Below, piece after piece: positions 57,808-64,000 of a DNA stretch of 64,000 nt. The notes under the pieces were generated by a model. That model searched no databases. It was not told where the DNA came from and was given only the letters and a program-made list of their open reading frames with translations. Source of the DNA: Ruditapes philippinarum (taxonomy: Eukaryota); contig NW_026861694.1 of NCBI RefSeq assembly GCF_026571515.1, positions 186,001-250,000 of the forward strand. The letters are read 5' to 3'. The position numbers and the translations under genes were made by a program. Numbering within the stretch: the first letter of the stretch is position 1; each line of letters starts with the position of its first letter.

Positions 57808-57972
57808 TAATAGACACACTTTCGAATCCGTTCCTGGAGCCAACCAGTACTGAGTAATGAGTGTAAAGTTTCGTGCTCAAGGTAACAACGACTTGCCCCT
57901 AACGGGGTTTGAACCCATGCGGCTAGTAATCATTTTACTTGTCCGAAGCGCTAAGCACTCGACAATGCTGCC
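57808..57972 (-). mobile_element. tRNA-derived CORE-type SINE
   Basis: Minus strand: A-box-like tgtcgagtg, B box ggttcaaacc, then CORE-like ccttgagcacgaaactttacactcattactcagta. Confidence 0.7.
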
Positions 57973-58072
57973 ACATCATACGAACGTTTACATTGCATGA
58001 AATAAATGGTTACTGTTCATATAATTGTTGGACCTATAATACTATTAAGAAATCAGCATTTGTTACCAATTC

Positions 58073-59256
58073 AAATAGATAAATACAGAATCCCTAAAGA
58101 AAGCCCAACACGGCAAAATTGAAAATGTTGCAGGCTCGGTTTGATTGAGCCTGTTCATGGACGGTACTGGAAAGTGCAAGTTACCCTCCACGCCCTCTAG
58201 CACCGGCTTAAGCAGAATTCAACATTTAAACGTGAAATAGTAAATTTTTGAATTTAGAAACATCCGCAGATGTGTTCATACGGCGGTTATCATAGAACCT
58301 TCAATGTGACACTTACGTGCCATTCCATGAAAAGCGGCGTATGGTCCCCAAGTAATAAAAAGCGTGTGCCCTAAACGAGAAAACAATGGGCGGAACTAAA
58401 TAAAATGGAATTTTGGAAGGGGATCAGAGGTTATGAAGCCTGCGTATCACAGATAAGACGTCAAAAGACAAATTTAAAAAGCAGGCAACATATCCTAAGG
58501 GTGATTCAACATTATTCAAGTAGGAATATTGGAACCACCCAACTAGAAAATGCCGAAAAGTTGAAACTAAAAATACCACAAGCACAACAATAATGTCGTG
58601 CTGAACGATCTTCAAGGATCGAAAATATAACATCATTGATTAAATGTACGGGGAGACTTTTTACAGCCGCCACACGGCACAAATAACACGGATGTGATCA
58701 TAAAATAGATAAATACAGAATCCCTAAAGAAAGCCCAACACGGCAAAATTGAAAATGTTGCAGGCTCGGTTTGATTGAGCCTGTTCATGGACGGTACTGG
58801 AAAGTGCAAGTTACCCTCCACGCCCTCTAGCACCGGCTTAAGCAGAATTCAACATTTAAACGTGAAATAGTAAATTTTTGAATTTAGAAACATCCGCAGA
58901 TGTGTTCATACGGCGGTTATCATAGAACCTTCAATGTGACACTTACGTGCCATTCCATGAAAAGCGGCGTATGGTCCCCAAGTAATAAAAAGCGTGTGCC
59001 CTAAACGAGAAAACAATGGGCGGAACTAAATAAAATGGAATTTTGGAAGGGGATCAGAGGTTATGAAGCCTGCGTATCACAGATAAGACGTCAAAAGACA
59101 AATTTAAAAAGCAGGCAACATATCCTAAGGGTGATTCAACATTATTCAAGTAGGAATATTGGAACCACCCAACTAGAAAATGCCGAAAAGTTGAAACTAA
59201 AAATACCACAAGCACAACAATAATGTCGTGCTGAACGATCTTCAAGGATCGAAAAT
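58073..59256 (-). mobile_element. Family L partial tandem: full 630-bp unit (58073-58702) plus 554-bp truncated unit (58703-59256)
   Basis: Exact 630-bp period; I found no differences over the shared 554 bp. The junction coincides with the family terminus. Confidence 0.92.
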
Positions 59257-60699
59257 TTTAATACTTATTACATGTATGTCGTTGTTTCCCAAATTTGTGA
59301 TGATAAAACTAAATCGCTAAGTAATTCATCAAGTCTTAATAAAATAGCTTTTTACAAGACAAATGCAGTTGTAATGATTGAATAGCTAGACTGTTACTTT
59401 GATTGAAGTTTAATCAAACATTTAGTTTCTGTCTAGACAGACTCATCACCTAGATGGAAGCTGGTAGGTTATCAATTGTTTTGAACAATTGTCAATAATT
59501 CCTTTTGTATCGCATTAAGCAACATTGAAGTTTTGAATGTTATTTAAGTAGACGTATAAGTAAAGAATTATTTACATGTTGTAATTGCATGCACTTTAGT
59601 AACTTGAGTAAAACTTTAGTAAGATAGCTAGATACATGAATACAATAAAATTAATCTAAAAATTCCTACCGGATTTGAAGCAACCCCAAAGAGGGCGTTA
59701 TGGTTCAAAGTCGGCGAAAATAACCAAAATGCCAGGAGACCTGCGCAAGGAATTGAAAATTTAAAAGGTGCACAGGTAAACCTTTTGTATAAAAGACATG
59801 GTTACTGTTAATGTAATTGTTGAATCTACAATACTACTAAGATTTACACAATTCCAGATAGTTACCTCGTGATACTGGCATTTTACTGCAAATATTATGT
59901 ATGTTGTTAATAATTTTATGGGATAACAGCCAAATACACAATATTGTTTTTTCAAAAACAAATACAAGAACTGCAGCAATGAAACTTTAAGTACAACCTC
60001 TGTCGTTCACTTTGCAAAGTGATTTTGCGTTCTTCCTTATTAACTATATTTCATATGATCATGCAACTTCTAATAACATACAATCCCAAATCATAAAATA
60101 TTGCGAGAAAGGACAGCGGAGACAGAGTTATATGCTAACGTTTGGATTTATAGGCTTCCTGTAAGAACAATATTTCTATAACCGTAAAAAAGCCGTAAAG
60201 TACTGTTTCATTAGAGTGCTCAAGAAATGCTGTTTCAGTCAGATGTCATGGATATTTTATGCAAACAGCTGCAACAATTCAATCAATGTCATCATTGTCT
60301 GCGCAAAAGACATATGAAAAAGGAAAGTGCATACGAAATATTTTGCATCGGACATGACCGAGGGTGTGTCAGGGTCTTGAGAACCATAAAGCAGGCCAAG
60401 ATAAAACTGCAATCAAAATACTTCAAGAACTTTTGAAAGACGATGTATGCATTAGTTCCACCAACTTTATAGACCTTGTTATTATCAATATATTTGAAGG
60501 TGGCATTATGCCCGCCAAAGTGCAAATTGTAAGTCTACTGGAAAAGTAATTATAACTTTACCTTTTTGTTATAATTGTTTCCAGCTCTCTATATTCTTAC
60601 AATAAACAATACTAAAAGTCATCTTGTTCGCGCCAAAATCAACGAGGGCTTGGTCAGCTAACTCAATACCCCGACTTAGATGTGTTCATCTGATTGGTC

Positions 60700-60962
60700 G
60701 GCATACTCGTGGCAACGATAAAGCATTTTTTCTGAGTTAAAACTCGTGGCCACGAGATAGCAAATGTTTGGGATTTTTTTTTATGGCTAATATCTGGTGG
60801 GAATGAGATAGCGATCTTTTGTTAAAGTATTATTCTCTGAGTTATAACTCGTGGCCATGAGATAGCAATTTATTTTAGTTATATCTCGTGGGAACGAGAT
60901 AGCGATTTTTTCTGAGATAGGAAAACAAAATCAAATCGGAATGTCCCCTCTGTGCTTCCGTA
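60700..60962. mobile_element. MITE-like fragment with repeated palindromic ctcgtggccacgagatagc motifs
   Basis: About five motif copies, ending gtcccctctgtgcttccgta. Confidence 0.45.
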
Positions 60963-61061
60963 TTCGTGTTTAGTAAATTTTCATTGCCGTGAGTTAAAAT
61001 GAGATGAAATCTTATTCTTTGTATCGCATTTTGATTCATGGTATTGTACAGTGTACGGTGT

Positions 61062-61959
61062 AAAATATGATAAACAAGATCAACAAGGAAAGGCGGCGCA
61101 ACCCCCATATGACCCAGCAACAAGAACCAATGGCAAGGAGCCCAGGCGGACCCCAAACATAAAAAGGACAGGGTAAAGACAGGTTAATCATTAAATGATA
61201 AATAATTTGTAACTGATTAGGAATTCAAAGAAAATAATAATAGGCCCACAAAGGGGAAGGGGACAGGAGACCGGGGGAAGGGGGTTAATCAAAGAAATAA
61301 AAACTAGAGGCAATGGGGAAGATACTTACCGTAGACGAGAAAACAACAAGGGACACAAGCAAAAGTGTCACCAAAACAGTATGAAACAACATAGACATAC
61401 ATCTGAGGAACACAGTGGGGCGCCGCCTTGGAACGGTCAGCAGCATATAGATGACTGCTGGGGAGTTTAAACCGGTTATTGGTGCACCAAACCTCGCTCT
61501 TAGCCCCACCATGTTTCTATAAACGAGACAGTGTAAATAAAATGAATCCCCGCCAAGTGAAATTCTAACAGTTGTCATGGTTACAAAAGGTTAAATTAGT
61601 AAAACACTAAAATGATCATGTAGAAACATATAAAAGTAAACCCAATGACCATAACAAAAGTACTCAATGTCCTAAAGGAAGACAGAGCAACAAGAAAATC
61701 ACCTACAAGGGCCCGACGAAGCAAGGCAGAAGACGAACAGTAATACAATTCAGTCCCAAAGGGCTTTACGAACTATCCATCATAGAGTCTCCCACTTGGT
61801 CCTTCAGATGCAATCAAAAGAGGAAAGCTAGTGTCCAACTGTAAAAGGGTTGAACACTAAAAATGCAGTATGTCTTAAAATAGTAGGGTCATAACCTCTT
61901 TTAATAAAACGTTTAATGATTTTAGTAAAAACAGCAGAAAAATTACCATGACCCAAAAT
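61062..61959 (-). mobile_element. 5'-truncated Naiad-like Penelope retroelement (RT C-terminus plus full 3' UTR)
   Basis: From 61959 downward: ILGHGNFSAVFTKIIKRFIKRGYDPTILRHTAFLVFNPFTVGH, then frameshifted ..AFLFDCI..GDSMMDSS*. The 3' terminus is shared with the copies at 16150 and 57048. Confidence 0.7.
61735..61790 (-). promoter_or_regulatory. Degenerate type-II SECIS-like stem-loop
   Basis: ATGAT-ggatagttcgt-AAA-gccc.ttt.ggga-c-tgaattgta; the 3' GA of the quartet is lost. Confidence 0.4.
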
Positions 61960-63664
61960 CTGTCTAGGTGTTTACCTATTAAACAAATAAATTCTCATTT
62001 ATTGTCAGATGAATTGTAATAATAATGAAATGATAGAATCAATAGCATAGACGGAGTGACCTTATTTTTTATTAAATAAGTGAATTTTATATATTTAAAT
62101 AATTATATTTAATCACAAGTAAACAGAATTGAGTATTTTAAGGTGAATGTAACAATGATTATTGCATTGAAAACAGTTCTTTTATGTGTATTTGATTGTA
62201 AAACATTATGTTCGTACAGTATATTTTTATTCATGACACAATTTGATAATATTTTACGAGCATAAAATGGATAAAAACTTAACACCGTCTTATTAAGCTA
62301 TAATTCTAAATCGACTTTGTCAGCATTTACAGTAAAGCTTGCTATAAACTATTATTCTTGTACCATGATTATATTCTGCAGATGAAATAGAATCACTCAA
62401 AAGTGTTTCATACTGGAATAAGTGGACTCTTTTCAAGGACTGTTACTTAAAGCATCTAAAGCGAACTGAAGTCTTTTGGGTGAAATTATATGAGACCAAA
62501 TGAATCAATTTTGTCCAGAGTTATTAAAGAGCTTTAATGATTTTCTGTCAAATTTGACGTTGTACATTTGTTTATACTGTAACACAGTTCAAGGCTTTTA
62601 GTCAATCATCCAAAACAAATAAGAAAATGTTTGACTCTTTGACAGATGTTTACGAAGCATGTCTGTGGTCTGCGTTTAGAATCTAACTTGGTTACAAACA
62701 GAATATTTGTTAGCACCACTATCGGTTTAGTTTGTTATCTTTGGTGAGAATGTAATTTTAGAAATGAAGAAACAATTACGATTTCTTAGATTTGTTATAA
62801 TAGTTAATTCTTATAAAGGAGTGAACTATTCGTAGCTAAATTTAAATGTTCTTCTGCTTAATTTAAAAATCATAGCACTCTCTGCCCTCTCTTGAAAATA
62901 CTCAACGATATCTTAAACGAGCCCTCGCCTCATTTTAAAGCTAGTGTACAAATGCTATTTATCTCTTACTATGGTATTTTTTGATTTCCTCGAAATGTTA
63001 ATGACCAAACACTTTATTTTGAAATATTTAAATTAATGCAAAAAACTGCGAACTAAAATGTTGGTGTTTAAATCAAATAACTGCAGTGTTTTAACAGTTA
63101 TTGTTTATAACAAAAATTAACAATGCGATAATTTCACCAAGTTTTATACCCAATTTTAAAGTGTATGCACGATGAATCAAAATAAGTCATTGTATTGTAT
63201 ATATGGTCTTTTTGATATTACGTGTCTTAAGACATGTAACCTACTTTGTAGATATTCATAATTGTTATGAAAGGTATTCTAAATTCTCTCCTACACAGAT
63301 GTTGATAACACCATTTTATAACGAGCGTGCTTATGTTTAAATTCAGATACAAAACTGTGTGATTTAAATTCATATCTCTAGACACCGTTTTATCCGAAGT
63401 TCATGTCATAAATAAAATTCATAGCAACAATCTTGCGCACAGAATATATACAGCAACAAATAATGGGAAAATAACTCTTTTAGTGGGCTGATAGCGCCAA
63501 ATATGTGCATAGCTATTATACATAACCTGCATAACAAACAAAGGAATATTGTAACGAATAATTATTGTTATAACCGGAGAACTTCAAGAGGTGTTAAAAT
63601 ATATTATTAATACTTTAAAAACGCTTATTTTTTAAAAAAAATTATTTCATTTTCAAATTCCTAT

Positions 63665-63755
63665 GACCGATTGTTTAGGATATTTGACTTTAAATCACTT
63701 GCCCCTTGTCATAGTGGCTTAAAAACCCTCCAGGGGCTTTGATTTCATCATAAAA
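63665..63755 (+). mobile_element. Degenerate SINE head, same family as 9785
   Basis: gactttaaatcacttgcccct...ccaggggctttg. Confidence 0.4.
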
Positions 63756-64000
63756 GGTCAAAGACACAGAACGGCCCAATCGGGTTGAGTAAGAAAGATC
63801 CACTGGTTTCTGTACAAAAAACACAAATTTGAAACTTTCCGTACATACCGTACTTCAATAGTCATCCGATGTTTAAATATATAGGTTTGTATTTCCATTC
63901 TTATTAACATTCATGAACAATATTTAAAGTTTGTATTTTCTAAATATGAAAACAAATTTCTTGTTTGTAATTATTCATAATTAAAATTGAAATGCTGCAA

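Noticed and set aside
58255-58300. SECIS in family L
   Set aside because: The 5' ATGA and 3' GA do not align with the helix register.
58601-58625. Hammerhead ribozyme (ctgaacga...gaaa)
   Set aside because: The core is not CUGANGA, stem II is out of register, the motif is not conserved in the 55.9-kb copy, and it lies on the inferred antisense strand.
58405-59245. Duplicated 62-70 aa ORFs as genes
   Set aside because: They are by-products of the tandem repeat, and the frames are not preserved in the 55.4-kb copy.

Overview
AT-rich (roughly 30% GC by eye) eukaryotic DNA with no intact protein-coding gene that I can support. The supplied ORFs are short, mostly lack a real ATG, and look like noise. 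The repeat types point to a mollusc, probably a bivalve (inference). Contents: (1) an old mosaic of segmental duplications, including a collinear inverted duplication spanning about 7-60 kb, in which short non-coding blocks are unusually well conserved; (2) transposon debris: a Helentron-type HINE/pearl-like element, a 2.9-kb long-TIR DNA element with a 5-bp TSD, a decayed hAT/ZNF862-like transposase, tRNA-derived SINEs, and 3' ends of a Naiad-like Penelope retroelement with a degenerate SECIS; (3) the best candidate for something new: a non-coding retroposon-like family in long (630 bp) and short (~240 bp) forms, about 11 copies or fragments, sharing an RNA-like fold with compensatory changes and strand-specific G-U pairs, with no canonical hammerhead core; (4) tandem repeats and two stretches that look like unpolished assembly. 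Family names rest on recalled motifs, not database searches, and most boundaries are approximate.
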